From the NCBI GenBank assembly GCA_000091205.1, contig AP006485.2: a stretch of 64,000 bases of DNA; one strand, given 5' to 3'. Of the stretch, positions 22,661 through 33,767 are shown piece after piece; the stretch's first letter is position 1, and each line of letters opens with the position of its first letter. The position numbers were made by a program, and so were the translations under genes. The stretch comes from Cyanidioschyzon merolae (Eukaryota). Under the pieces are notes generated by a model that was given only the letters and a program-made list of their open reading frames with translations, had not been told where the DNA came from and did no database searches.

Positions 22661-25174
22661 TTGACAGGCCACATAATGCGGACAGTTAGGGTACCGAAAA
22701 AGTCGACAGAGCGTATTCCAGTACTTGAATCGGTTGTTTTGAGATCGCTGTTCGAGTTTCGAGGAGCTGTAACGCCAGCTCGGCGCGAGGGGGTCACGCA
22801 GCGCTACGAGCACGCGTGCAAGCACCTGAAAGCGTTGCGCGAACGAGTGTCGGTCATCAGCTCTGCTCCGGACGTTGAACGAGCTGGTGATGCCGTCCAA
22901 GTCATTCGAGACTACTACCGGGCGTTGCGTTTTCTGGAGACGCGCTTTGTTTTCAGGCGTGCGGTTGCACCTGCGTCAGTGCGGCGAGGTCTACTACAGC
23001 GCCAGAACGGTACGAGTACGGGGCAACAGAAGACGGGCGCAGGACACGTAGACGCTCCTAATGTAACGCTAACTTTCACTTGGATGGATGCGTTTCAAAC
23101 TAGACAGCGCTGTTCGAGCTCTAGCACACAGCTGGAGAAAGCCGGTCTGCTATTCAATCTGGCGGTGTGCTATTGCACGCGGGCCCATGACCTGGTACTG
23201 CCGGAGCCGCTGACCGAGGCCGCACTCAGAGAAGCGTTACAAGGTTTTCAGTGTGCTGCTGGTCTTTTCGCACTCATTCAGCACATGTCGCTGGACAGTA
23301 TTGGAGCGGACCTCACTCAGGATCTGCACCAAACGTCGCTGGATACGCTGAAACTAGTCATGCTTGGCAATGCACAACTTTGCACCGTCGATTTCGCGAT
23401 TGCCGAGAATCGATCGAGTTCGACGGTGAGCTGCCTGGCAGGTGGTGCTGTCGAGCTGTACGGGCGGGCAGTAGCGAATGCCGGGACTCGTTACTTCCCC
23501 GCCGACTTTATCGTTGAATTAGAGCTGCTCCGAGATTACGCTGAGGCGGTTGCCATGCAGTACGCTGCAATGGAACTTGATGCAGACGGCACCGGGGATA
23601 TCCAACGGCTCATGGCGATGCAGGAGGAGGATTTAGTAGAAAGAGCGCGGCGGTATTCCGAAGCGGTCGTCATCGCGGAAAGGCTACTCAAGAGTGAGCT
23701 CGTCCGGCGCGATACACCGTTGCAACGACGCATCGAAGCTCTTCGCGATCGATGTCGTTCCGCCCGCGAGCGCTGTGAACGTGAAAATGCGGTTGTTTTT
23801 CAAGTCGATTTCAGCAAAAGACGCGCGGATGACAGAAATCGTCACTCAGCGCCGTCGCAACTGCGTAGACGCATCCTGGCAACGACACCTGATCTACGAG
23901 AACTGGCGGCGTCGCTGGGCGATGGCCAGGCAGCGGAACGCATGGCCGCCCTGAGTCCCGCTGCGTTTCTTCCGCCGAGTTCACCGCTCTTGGCCCTACA
24001 GAATCTGGTGCCACTCGAATTCATCCCAATGCGAAATGATTACGACAAACGGGTCCGCGCTCTGGTCGAGCGAGCAGTAGAGCGGCTGCGGGAAGCGAAT
24101 CGCGTTTCAGGCAGCCTGCGAAGAGAGCTGAATCTCGAAGCGATCCTCGCGAGTATTCCGAGAAAATTCTCTGACCTGCGCGAGACCGAGACACCGGAAG
24201 AACTTAACCGTGGAACGGTTGTGCGATTCAAGGAGTTGCACGCAGATCTCAACGCGGAAGAAGGTTCCGACCGACTCGCTTCAGAGCTGATCCGCCAAGC
24301 CAAGGAGAAAGTGCGGCGGGCGGAAATCCTTCTGAGCGCAGAGGCAGCGGAAGACGCGGAGTGGCGCGCTAAACTCCGAGGCCGTGCGCATCGGCCGGAA
24401 TCCGCGGAAGCCCAACAGTCATACCACGCCGAACTGCATCTTATCCAAATTGAGCTGCAAGCTTGCACAGCCGCGAGGCGCAGTGTGAGCACGCGAGCCC
24501 AACATTGTCAGGAGTCGAGTGTTCGCGACGCCTTGTCCATTTTGGAACAAAACGGATCCAACGGGGAGACCACCAGTGCCGCCACTAGTACTGCAACCAT
24601 CACCACCAGTGCCCCGGCTCAGTGTGGGTCCATTTTCGACCATCGGTCGCGGGTAATCACCACTGAGCACCCAGTGGCTGTGCAGTTGCACCATGCTGCA
24701 GCGCGACTGGTTGACATGGAGACACGCAGGGACGCGGTCGCGCGCGAACTAGAACAGCAGCGCTTTTCGGACGACTTTGGGTGCACCCTGCTCGAAGATC
24801 CGCTGCCGGATGATGATTTCCACGCAAGCGCAACCGAAATTATCGAGCGAATCATCGAACGGCGTTATGGGGCCCTCATTCGACGCGCGGAAGATCTCCT
24901 AGGGAGCGTGGCTTCCAGTGCGCGCCACGAACTCATCAAGGCGGTCGAAGATCTCAAAAGTCTGCGGGCGGAGAGGGATCGCGAGCTGGCCGCAGCTGCA
25001 GATTTGGCCGGGCGGGTGCATCGAGCCATTGAGGATATGCAGGCGCTCATTCAGGAAAGAAACCGCGTGCGAGAGCGCTGTTCCCGTCTTCTCGAACGAT
25101 CCGAAGCATTACTCGGGAGCGTCGAGGGGTTCTGTGAAGCGCGTCGACTTGAAGTTTCGCTAGGGTCGTCATGA
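22661..25174 (+). CDS. BRO1 domain protein (ALIX/PDCD6IP/Bro1-like, ESCRT-associated) with a long coiled-coil V-domain-like C-terminus
   Basis: Matches Bro1-domain blocks: VTLTFTWMDAF, LFNLAVCYCTRA, ALQGFQCAAGLFALIQ and TLKLVMLGNAQLCTVDFAIAE. Followed by about 450 aa of heptad-rich helical sequence. Confidence 0.75.
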   Translation: MTGHIMRTVRVPKKSTERIPVLESVVLRSLFEFRGAVTPARREGVTQRYEHACKHLKALRERVSVISSAPDVERAGDAVQVIRDYYRALRFLETRFVFRRAVAPASVRRGLLQRQNGTSTGQQKTGAGHVDAPNVTLTFTWMDAFQTRQRCSSSSTQLEKAGLLFNLAVCYCTRAHDLVLPEPLTEAALREALQGFQCAAGLFALIQHMSLDSIGADLTQDLHQTSLDTLKLVMLGNAQLCTVDFAIAENRSSSTVSCLAGGAVELYGRAVANAGTRYFPADFIVELELLRDYAEAVAMQYAAMELDADGTGDIQRLMAMQEEDLVERARRYSEAVVIAERLLKSELVRRDTPLQRRIEALRDRCRSARERCERENAVVFQVDFSKRRADDRNRHSAPSQLRRRILATTPDLRELAASLGDGQAAERMAALSPAAFLPPSSPLLALQNLVPLEFIPMRNDYDKRVRALVERAVERLREANRVSGSLRRELNLEAILASIPRKFSDLRETETPEELNRGTVVRFKELHADLNAEEGSDRLASELIRQAKEKVRRAEILLSAEAAEDAEWRAKLRGRAHRPESAEAQQSYHAELHLIQIELQACTAARRSVSTRAQHCQESSVRDALSILEQNGSNGETTSAATSTATITTSAPAQCGSIFDHRSRVITTEHPVAVQLHHAAARLVDMETRRDAVARELEQQRFSDDFGCTLLEDPLPDDDFHASATEIIERIIERRYGALIRRAEDLLGSVASSARHELIKAVEDLKSLRAERDRELAAAADLAGRVHRAIEDMQALIQERNRVRERCSRLLERSEALLGSVEGFCEARRLEVSLGSS

Positions 25175-25857
25175 GGCCGTCGTTGTCGCTCGCGTGCCCA
25201 TCATCCGCTAGGCCCGCTTCACGAGCCGGCCAATGTCTATACTCGATACGCATCGGGCAATACGCAGCTTGCCGACTCGCAGTCGAGTGTAGGCGCTCTA
25301 TTGCTTCTTGGTCACATTGACCTGCATTTCGCATGCATTGTCTATGGGTGCTTTTTGGATCAGGGCCTGGCGCTGACCTACTGTATGGACGCGTCCATGA
25401 GCGGTTCCATATTCGCAGGTCGAAATGCTCCGCACGTTTGGTAGTTGTCCTTGCGTGTGGTGTTCATTTCTTGGTTCCGTAACCACTGCACGATTGTGTT
25501 GAGGTCAAGCGTAGCGCTCGTCATTGCAGCACAGTGAACTGAGCAGTCTTCTGTACGCTTATTGCAAACAAAACGAGAAGATGTCATTGTTTCTGAAGCC
25601 ATATTCGTGCCAAAAGACATTTGCGCTTTGATTCGGTACAAAACTCGTCTTCGTCCGAGTCGTGAAGCGATCATCACCAGCACCGCGAGCGTCGGCTCTG
25701 ACGTCGGGCGCACCACAAAGCGCGAGCCGCGAGTGCTCGTCCTTAGCGCGTGCGCTGACAGTCACCAGAAGACAACAGAGTCACGCCGAGCACAAGTACG
25801 TCAAATCTCTTCCCCAAAAAACCCTTGTTATATATACATAAAGAGCGTTCGCAGTCT

Positions 25858-26403
25858 CTAGGAGACAGCTGCCTCCGAGGCGCTAGCGTCGGCGGTGGGT
25901 ACCGGCTGCGAGTCATCCGGGGAAGCGTCGAGCTCGAGGACGTTTGCCCAGTCGCAGCAACGCTTCATACCTCTTTTGACGACGTGAACTTCCGGATCTT
26001 CACCCTCTAACATCAAGAGAAGCGAAAATAGCGCCTGCATGACGTAAGCGGCAGCGAGACGCTGACCAGCAGCCTGCCGCAACCGCCGAACCGAATCGCC
26101 ATCGTTTCGTTGCTGCAACCGCTTTTGCCAAGCAGCCAGCTTCCGCAATCTTCTTTCCATCAAGCGAACACGTAGCTCGGCATCGGCTAAGAACTGATCC
26201 AGTTCAGACGCACCAAAACTTGTAGAGGTCATGTTGCGACTGCTGCACGCTGTTACCAGCGGCGGCAGCGCGACATGCATGTCGCGTTTGTTGCGGCTGC
26301 ATGCATGGGCGCCCAGCCTCAGCGTCAGCCTCAGCGCCCAGCCTCTGCAGTGGAAAAGGGGCGCTGCAGCAGCGGTCGATACGCTTGCATATCTTTGACA
26401 CAT
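25858..26403 (-). CDS. Hypothetical protein
   Basis: 181-aa ORF between BRO1 and RPL35. Unclassified. Confidence 0.25.
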   Translation of the reverse strand: MCQRYASVSTAAAAPLFHCRGWALRLTLRLGAHACSRNKRDMHVALPPLVTACSSRNMTSTSFGASELDQFLADAELRVRLMERRLRKLAAWQKRLQQRNDGDSVRRLRQAAGQRLAAAYVMQALFSLLLMLEGEDPEVHVVKRGMKRCCDWANVLELDASPDDSQPVPTADASASEAAVS

Positions 26404-26627
26404 TATAGTACATCCTAGTACATAGTATTATATCAGAGGACAGATCTTCGGATGCTGCGCCTGGTGGTGTCACACGTGACATGCAATCGTCGCCGATACC
26501 ATGGACGCGGCCGCGAACCACGCTCCACAAACTGGAACGCTGCCTCGTTCTCTTAGGCTATCGTGTGTGCTATACGGCCGTGGTGTGAAGCGCAGCGCAG
26601 CAAGTATTCACGAGCAGCACCATAAAT

Positions 26628-27195
26628 ATGGTTTTGAAAGCACATGAACTTCGAGGAAAGTCCAGACAAGAGTTGGAGCAGCAGTTACAAGCGCTGAAGA
26701 CGGAACTTCAGCAGCTGCGTGTGCTGCAGGTAAGCGGTGGCGGCGCTGGCAAGCTCGGGAAGATGTAAGTTGTTGTTCGCCTGCTGTGCGTGTGTTTATG
26801 TAGATGTTCGTGATGAACACTAGAGCTTTGATAGGGACATTTGAGGGTGCAGCAAGGGATTCTTGCGGGCGCTCTTTGAAACTTGCTCTTTCTGATGGGG
26901 CGCGGCTCGGGAACCAGAACTAACCACTTGTAGTAAGGAGGTGCGCAAGTCTATTGCTAGGGTATTGACGGTTATGTCTCAGGCGAGGAGAAAAGCGTTG
27001 CGAGAAGAATACATGAATAAGAAGTTTAAGCCGTTGGATCTGCGGCCGAAGCTTACGCGAGCGATGCGGCGGAAGTTGTCGAAGACGGACGCCGCACGCA
27101 AGACCCTCCGTCAACAGAAGCGCGAGCAGAACTTTCCAAAACGGCGTTTTGCGATCTTGCCCGTACCGCGTGATTCTCTCATGCAATCAGAATAA
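26628..27195 (+). CDS. RPL35: 60S ribosomal protein uL29 (L35). Two exons: exon 1 at 26628-26764, GT-AG intron at 26765-26933, exon 2 at 26934-27195.
   Basis: Exon 1 reads [45 protein letters not shown]. Donor is GTAAGT at 26765 and acceptor is ccacttgtAG at 26933. Splicing restores ..[39 protein letters not shown].., collinear with eukaryotic L35. The unspliced frame hits a stop at 26766. Confidence 0.85.
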
Positions 27196-27268
27196 GTGGT
27201 CTACGGAACCAGTGAAAACGGCGTTTTGCGATCTTGCCGGTACTGCGTGATCCTCGCATGTTCTCAGA
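27138..27268. repeat. Tandem duplication (period about 77 bp) of the last about 54 bp of the RPL35 coding sequence including its stop codon
   Basis: Copy 1 at 27138-27195 encodes [18 protein letters not shown]. Copy 2 at 27215-27271 encodes [18 protein letters not shown] in its own frame. Confidence 0.8.
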
Positions 27269-27350
27269 CTAGTTCGTCCACTGACCTGACCGCATCGATA
27301 CGTGACGAGGTGCGAGCGCGTTACCGTCCACAACGATGCCTGCCTGCATG

Positions 27351-27387
27351 TCTCTCTCTCTCTGTATGTGTGTGTGTGTGTGTGTGT
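27351..27387. repeat. (CT)n(GT)n compound microsatellite
   Basis: Read directly. Confidence 0.9.
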
Positions 27388-27900
27388 CGAGAACGTGCTC
27401 TTTTACCAACCGCACGCAACGTCTGGTGAACAGCCTTGCTAAAGGTACACGCGCTACACCTGCACGACCATGGAGGCGGCAACCGAAGCGCCGTACACAC
27501 CGCATTCGCTCCATTATGGTGTGCCACTGCCAAGTCGTGCAAACGCGACCAACGATGATCTCGCTTCGCTCGACTTGCGCGATGAGCACTCAAACATCGA
27601 GGCCGGCAACCGGGCATCATCTCTAGCTGCGGCAAAAGCACAGGACACGTCACTTCGCGTCCAGCATGAAATCACCCTCACCGGTACCACGCGATATCGC
27701 CTGCAAGGCAACGCGTCCTTGCTCCTCGAACGAACCCATCTCCGAGCTGGACACTAACCAGACCATTAAAGCATTTGCATAACGCCATCGCTTTACGCCA
27801 GTTTGCCAGTTCCGCGCATTGTCCTGGCGAGTTCCCCGTTTCCACCACCACAAGCCTAGGATGCATCGTCAACGTTGCCAGCATCAGACGCTGATCGGTT

Positions 27901-30900
27901 CTAGAACCAACCCTGTAATTGTTCCATATCGAGGACACTGGCTGGTATGCGGGCGATGCGAGCACACAAGTTCAGACGATTCCGTCGAAGCGCTGGCTCA
28001 TCCACCATGACCATGACGCCGTCCAGAAACGCATCTACGCTCGGTCGAAGCGTACGTAACGCCTGTACCATGCCCAGCACGTCGTCGTTGGTGAACGGTG
28101 GCTGATCGGCATCGAAGCCGCCCCGACGAAGCGCCTCCCACAACGCTACTTCCACTTGATCCTGGAAAAGCGCGGGATCGACGCTACCGTCCAGGTCCGG
28201 TTGGCCTCGAACCAGGCGCGCGGGTCGCAGGTAGCAGGTAACTGCATCACGAAAGCGCTCTTCTGCCATGAGTGGATAGAGTTGCTGCAGGACACGATAC
28301 GCTCGAGCGGGTCTCCGTCGATGGCACTGAAGCACAGCACGCACAGCGCTCACATGGAGACCTGTCGCCGACGCCTGGGACTGGTCCGCGCCCCGAGCAA
28401 CATCGAGTGCAGGTAGACTGGAATCCGGATCCAGGAGCCACTGTTCAAAGCGCTTGTCCATAAAGTCAAGCAAATCGGCGAGCGTTTCCTCGCGAATCGA
28501 CATGTGCTGCTTGGCATACACCGCGGCCGCTGCCTCAGCGAGCGCACTGAGCTCAACGCCGTCAAAGGCGCCACGGCAGAGGATTTGGACGACGCCAAGC
28601 GCCGCTCGACGGAGCCCAAAAGGATCCGAGTTGGCCTTGGGTGCGAGACCAATACCAAAAAGGCCCACCAGCGAGTCCATGCGATCACTCAGGGCGAGCG
28701 CGACCCCGGCTGGGGTGCGCGGTACCTGGTCACCCGCACTGCGGGGTAGCACAATCTCAAAGAGTGCCCGCGCGACATCGTCGCGATAGCCCTGCTTCCG
28801 TGCGTAGTGCTCACCCATGATGCCCGCCAGTGAGGTAAACTCCACAACAAGCTGGGTTGCTAGATCGGCTTTGCAGAGCGCAGCGGCTTCTGTAGCAACC
28901 TGGCGTACCTGCTCCCAGTCTGGCGTTGGACTTTGTGCGCGCATCCGCGGTGAAGCAGTGTCCACTGGAGAATCGCATGGCGAAGGTACCGGTGCCGGTA
29001 CGCCTGCGTCCTCGTGATGCCTGTAGTGCCGCTGTGCAAGCGCATCCACGACGAACGGTACCAGCGCTTCGATGCGTCTCGTCTTGTCCAGCATGGAGCC
29101 GAGGCGCTCCTCGAAGATCAATCCCTCGAGCTTGGGCACAAAGGAAGCTAACGGCCGTTTCAGATCCGCTTCGTAGAAGAACTTGGCATCCGCGAAACGT
29201 GCCTGGATCACGGCTTCGTTCCCGCGACGCACTAGGTCAGCGTTTCGTAAGCGTCCATTGGCAACAATCACAAACGCATTCCGTAGTCGCAAATCATTCG
29301 AGTCTTGCTCGGTCGATGTCGACATCGAGCCAGACGCCTCAATGGGGAAGTAACGCTGGTGCTTCTGCATCACCGTGATCAGTACTGGAGATGGAAGCGC
29401 CAGGTACGCCTCATCAAACGATCCAAGAAGCACTTGCGGAGACTCAATGAGCCGCGCGACCTCATGGAGCATTGTCCGTTCTGGGTCGTAGATGACACCG
29501 TCTTGTTGGAGCGCCAGCGCGTTTGCCTGCCGCAGGATGGACTGCTCGCGAGCCGACACCTCAGCGACAATGTTCGCTCGCTCCAGGACCCGGTCGTAGA
29601 GCTGCGCATGCGATACAGGCAGCTGGGGTGCAATCCCGGATGCCCGCAATCCCCAGGTCACCGGGGCCGACACCACACCACCAAAGGCCACTGGAATCAC
29701 TTGGTCATCGAGCATGGCCAGCAACCAGCGCACCGGACGTGAATACAAGACACCCGACTCGTTCCAGCGCATACTCCGACGGAACTGAATCTTTGCTAGA
29801 ACCGAGTCGACCAGGCGCTCATGGAGCAGAGGTAAGGCACGCTGGCCTTGAATGGTGCGATTCAGAAAGATATACTCACCCTGTTTGGTCGCTTTTCGTT
29901 CAGTCTCAGCCTCCCAGTTCCGGATTTGATGACGCTGGGCGAAGGCCTGACCCACAGCCGTCAGTTTCCCGGTCTGAGCATCTATCGCAACTCGAGACGG
30001 TGGGCCACGGATCTGGGTCCACTGGTCTGGCTGCTTGTGAGCAACACCCTCGACGAGAATCGCATGGCGTCGTGGTGTCGCTCGCACGTGCACTTTCACT
30101 CGACCAGCGTCTGGGAGCAAGCGACTTGAGTGTAGAAGTTGCAACAGGTGTTCACGTAGCTGCTCCACGGCAGCATCAAGATCTGCTGGCGGCAATTCCT
30201 CGGTCCCTATCTCGATTAGCAACGTGGCGCCCTCACCGGATGTCTGTCGTCCTGGAGCGGCGACGGTATCCGCAGCATCGCGCTGCACCTGCTCAGTGTG
30301 CACAGCTTCATTGGCGTGGCTCGTGGGTGCAGCGCTAGCCGCAACAATCGCTGGCTGCTGTCCGAGTGGAAAGCACAGCTCCGCTCGGCGTTCCAGCCAC
30401 AAGGCGGCTACCTCGCGCGCCAGCGAACGCATACGACGAAAGTAGGCCGCACGCTCGGCAACACCAACGGCGCCACGAGCATCCAGGATGTTAAAGGTGT
30501 GACTTGTTCGCAAAACGTAATGATACGCTGGAATCGGTAATCGCTTTTGGAGCAGCTCACGTGCTTCGGCCTCAGAGAGGTCGAACAGGTGGCGCTGTCG
30601 CTCGACATCAGCCTCTTCGAGATTGTAGCGACTCATTTCGATTTCGTTCTGGAGGAACACCTCGCCGTAGGTAATGCCCGGCGCATACAGAATATCCTTG
30701 AAGTGGCTCTTTCCTTGAACGGTCATCAAGATACGCTCCATCCCATAGGTAATCTCCAGTGCAATGGGATCCAGGGAGAAGCCGCCAACCTGTTGAAAGT
30801 ACGTGTACTGGGTGATCTCGCAGCCGTCCATCCACACCTCGTAGCCGAGCCCCCAGGCGCCGAGTGCTGGTGATTCCCAGTTATCTTCCACGAAACGAAT

Positions 30901-31653
30901 ATCATGGGCGTCAATGTCGATGCCCAAGGCAGCGTACGAGCCAAGCAGTAGCTCCTGACTATTCGGTGGCGCTGGTTTCAGGATAACTTGGAACTGCGTA
31001 TGTTGCTGGATACGGTTCGGGTTCTCGCCATAGCGCGAGTCGTCAGGGCGCACCGAGGGTTCCTCGTAGGCCACGTTCCAGGGCTCTGGTCCCAGCGCAC
31101 GGAGGAACGTTGCTGGATTCATGGTGCCGGCCCCAACTTCGGCGTTATAGGGTCGCCAGAGTAAGCAGCCACGTTCGGCCCAGTAGATCTGAAGTCGCAG
31201 AATAGCCTCTTGAAAAGTCAGTGCCCCGGTGCCGTTTGCTCCAACAGCTCCACGCGGACGCGTCTCTACGTTTGTCTTTGCAGTGGTGCGCGTACCGGTG
31301 CCCGCAGGCGCTGCTGACTCTGCGGCCATACCGTCGCTCGCGCGAACGTTCTCTGTTGAACCGGGCGCCCTGAGCGTTTCTCCGGACGAAGGCGGCGTTG
31401 CACTCGCCGAATGTGTGCAAAGAGGGCCTGAATGGCGACGTCGTGGAACCGACCAGCTCAGCCGCTGACTGGCAACACGCCCGCAAGGCGACCAGCGCAC
31501 GCCGTGTCCCGTGCCTCGCCAAACAGTGCGCACACACGCCCGAACCTGAAGCGCAGCTGCGCTGAACAACATGGTCGGTGTACCTGATCGATGCTCATGT
31601 GCCAACCTCTTCACCATCGAACGCACACCGATGAAACAATTGAGCGTCCTCAC
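27901..31653 (-). CDS. Bacterial-type glycyl-tRNA synthetase with alpha (GlyQ) and beta (GlyS) subunits fused in one polypeptide, plus an N-terminal presequence-like extension. Organellar (plastid and/or mitochondrial) GlyRS.
   Basis: GlyQ core [19 protein letters not shown]...[54 protein letters not shown]...[25 protein letters not shown] is followed by about 800 aa GlyS-like sequence. Single 1250-aa ORF. Confidence 0.9.
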   Translation of the reverse strand: MRTLNCFIGVRSMVKRLAHEHRSGTPTMLFSAAALQVRACVRTVWRGTGHGVRWSPCGRVASQRLSWSVPRRRHSGPLCTHSASATPPSSGETLRAPGSTENVRASDGMAAESAAPAGTGTRTTAKTNVETRPRGAVGANGTGALTFQEAILRLQIYWAERGCLLWRPYNAEVGAGTMNPATFLRALGPEPWNVAYEEPSVRPDDSRYGENPNRIQQHTQFQVILKPAPPNSQELLLGSYAALGIDIDAHDIRFVEDNWESPALGAWGLGYEVWMDGCEITQYTYFQQVGGFSLDPIALEITYGMERILMTVQGKSHFKDILYAPGITYGEVFLQNEIEMSRYNLEEADVERQRHLFDLSEAEARELLQKRLPIPAYHYVLRTSHTFNILDARGAVGVAERAAYFRRMRSLAREVAALWLERRAELCFPLGQQPAIVAASAAPTSHANEAVHTEQVQRDAADTVAAPGRQTSGEGATLLIEIGTEELPPADLDAAVEQLREHLLQLLHSSRLLPDAGRVKVHVRATPRRHAILVEGVAHKQPDQWTQIRGPPSRVAIDAQTGKLTAVGQAFAQRHQIRNWEAETERKATKQGEYIFLNRTIQGQRALPLLHERLVDSVLAKIQFRRSMRWNESGVLYSRPVRWLLAMLDDQVIPVAFGGVVSAPVTWGLRASGIAPQLPVSHAQLYDRVLERANIVAEVSAREQSILRQANALALQQDGVIYDPERTMLHEVARLIESPQVLLGSFDEAYLALPSPVLITVMQKHQRYFPIEASGSMSTSTEQDSNDLRLRNAFVIVANGRLRNADLVRRGNEAVIQARFADAKFFYEADLKRPLASFVPKLEGLIFEERLGSMLDKTRRIEALVPFVVDALAQRHYRHHEDAGVPAPVPSPCDSPVDTASPRMRAQSPTPDWEQVRQVATEAAALCKADLATQLVVEFTSLAGIMGEHYARKQGYRDDVARALFEIVLPRSAGDQVPRTPAGVALALSDRMDSLVGLFGIGLAPKANSDPFGLRRAALGVVQILCRGAFDGVELSALAEAAAAVYAKQHMSIREETLADLLDFMDKRFEQWLLDPDSSLPALDVARGADQSQASATGLHVSAVRAVLQCHRRRPARAYRVLQQLYPLMAEERFRDAVTCYLRPARLVRGQPDLDGSVDPALFQDQVEVALWEALRRGGFDADQPPFTNDDVLGMVQALRTLRPSVDAFLDGVMVMVDEPALRRNRLNLCARIARIPASVLDMEQLQGWF

Positions 31654-32156
31654 TGATATCGGCTAGCTAGTCGCCCTGCTACGCAGCTAGCAAAGTACCA
31701 AGCCTACCGAGCAGACTGCGTTGACCAGTGCACCCGCAGCCAAGCCTCTGTCGCAACGGAGACACACACGTTCGGTGACGGCAACACAGTGCCGACGACA
31801 CCGCTTCCTACACGCCTGTACCTGTCGAGTTGGTATCGAACTGTATGAACCTGAACTAAATAATATTAAATGGTATTAGAATGGAAGAAACGCACTAGCC
31901 TCGAAATGATCCATGCGCGCAGCGCTGCGCACGGTGCCTGCACCGTCCGCGATGCACCCCCGTGGTGCTGGTGCATGCCGCACGCCCTGCGTGCAACGGC
32001 GACTGCAGCCGTCGGGTTTTGCGCCAGCGCGCCTCGATCGCTTCGAGAATCGCGCGTGCGTGCGCGATCCGTTTCACGATTCGGGGGGGTATGCTGGCGA
32101 GCTCCGGACCGCAAGCATCGTTGTACGTTGGTTGGTGTGTGTTTCGCAGTACCTTC

Positions 32157-33092
32157 ATGGACGTTATCGGAGCCGTGGGTCGACTGAATACACTCTCAGA
32201 GGACGTGCTTGTGCGCTGGGTGGACGCGCTTCTGCAGGGTCAGTTCGGAGTGGTCAGCAGGAGCGCGCAGCCGGTGTCGATGCCGCTCTACCGGCGCTTG
32301 TTGGCGACGTGGGTCTTCCTTTACCTTGGATCTCTTGTACTTTATTACCTATTTGCGAGTATTGACTACTTTTTGGTGTTCGTGGCGTTTCGTAAGGCTA
32401 CCGTAGGCACGAAATACCGTGCAAACTGGCGAGAAATCTGGAGAGAGGTGCGCATGTCGACCTGGTCACTCGCTGTGATGTCGCTTCTCACAACACCAAT
32501 AGAGCTTCTGGTGCAGCTGGGGTATACCCGCGTCTATGACGATCCAAGGAAGCACGGGATCTTGTACTTTATTCTCTCCCCCGTGCTATTCTTGGTGTTT
32601 AGCGATACCTTGATCTATTTTATTCACCGGGGCCTGCACCACCGCCGCGTGTATCGATTCCTCCACAAACCGCATCATTCATTCATTGATACGACGCCGT
32701 TCTCGGCGTTTGCATTCCATCCCCTCGACGGTTTCGCCCAGGGCTTTCCGTATCAGTTATTCGTGTTGATTTTCCCGTTTCACAGTCTCCTACATCTGAT
32801 ATCCCTCGCTGTGGTCGGGCTCTGGACGATCAATATTCACGATCGGGTGAGTCTCAGCATCCCCGGGGTGAATGGCGCTGCCCATCATCGCATCCACCAT
32901 ACAACGTTTCGTTCCAACTATGGACAGTACTTTACATTCTGGGATCGTGTCTTCGGGACACACAAAGATCCCAAGCAGTGGCATGCGATTCGGTTTCGGG
33001 AGGAGGATGTGTACGGAGCCGCGGCCGGCAAGGGATATCTCCAATCCAAGTGCGTCGTTGCCAACGAGGTCTCGGTCGAAGCTGCGAAATGA
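32157..33092 (+). CDS. ERG3: C-5 sterol desaturase (ERG3 / SC5D, fatty-acid-hydroxylase superfamily). The ORF opens at 31962, but homology begins at MDVIGAVG (ATG at 32157).
   Basis: Histidine boxes HRGLHHRRVY, FLHKPHHSF and HHRIHHTTF. Blocks FHPLDGFAQGFPYQLF, WTINIHD and YGQYFTFWDRVFGT are collinear with ERG3/SC5D. Confidence 0.85.
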   Translation: MDVIGAVGRLNTLSEDVLVRWVDALLQGQFGVVSRSAQPVSMPLYRRLLATWVFLYLGSLVLYYLFASIDYFLVFVAFRKATVGTKYRANWREIWREVRMSTWSLAVMSLLTTPIELLVQLGYTRVYDDPRKHGILYFILSPVLFLVFSDTLIYFIHRGLHHRRVYRFLHKPHHSFIDTTPFSAFAFHPLDGFAQGFPYQLFVLIFPFHSLLHLISLAVVGLWTINIHDRVSLSIPGVNGAAHHRIHHTTFRSNYGQYFTFWDRVFGTHKDPKQWHAIRFREEDVYGAAAGKGYLQSKCVVANEVSVEAAK

Positions 33093-33767
33093 CCCCTCGT
33101 CTACGGAGGGCGCGATCGTGACAGAATCGACGATGCCCACTGACGGTCTTTTCGTGCCGCAACATTCGTAAAAGTCCGTGACGTGTTTGTAGTGTACCTG
33201 GGAGTGCACCCGAGCCGACTGCGTACCACGTATGTATCGGAGGCGCGTTTCCAGCACACGGAGCAGAGGCTCTAGTTCTGGCCCCGTTTGCGTACCCGCT
33301 TTCCTCCCTGCAGCGGCAATGAGACGAGCGGTTTGCGCTCTGCGCAGGGCAGTGCGTCCCCGCCGACACTCGCTGGCACTCGAAAAAGAGTGCCCGACAT
33401 TAGCGCGTGGTATTCCCTGCACCGGTGCTGACGCTCAGTCGCTGTCGCGGTGTGCAATACGATGCAACCCTGGAGCCGGCCGCTGGGTACGCCACGACCG
33501 AACAGAGGCGACTTGAACTTTTGCGAGCGAGCTGGAAGCGTGCGTCACCGGCCAGTTTCACCCGCTCGGTGGCAAAACATTGAAGCGGCAACTGCTGGCT
33601 ACCGACCTTGTCCACTTGTCGTTAAGCTGCTGTGGAGGCTTTTTGCTGGAAAGCAAGTCGGAGGCGCCAGGCCCTCGAAGCCGCCCCGTCGTGCTTTCAA
33701 TTTCGACCACTGTAAAAACGGTTTTCATTAGCCTGAACGCACACACATACACATACACAGGTATCTT

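Noticed and set aside
24040-24492. 150-aa minus-strand Ser/Arg-rich ORF
   Set aside because: Antisense to the BRO1-domain gene coiled-coil region.
29523-30338. 271-aa +strand ORF (and several others at 28.1-30.9 kb)
   Set aside because: Lie inside and antisense to the 1250-aa GlyRS gene. Pro/Arg-rich low-complexity translations typical of GC-rich antisense frames.
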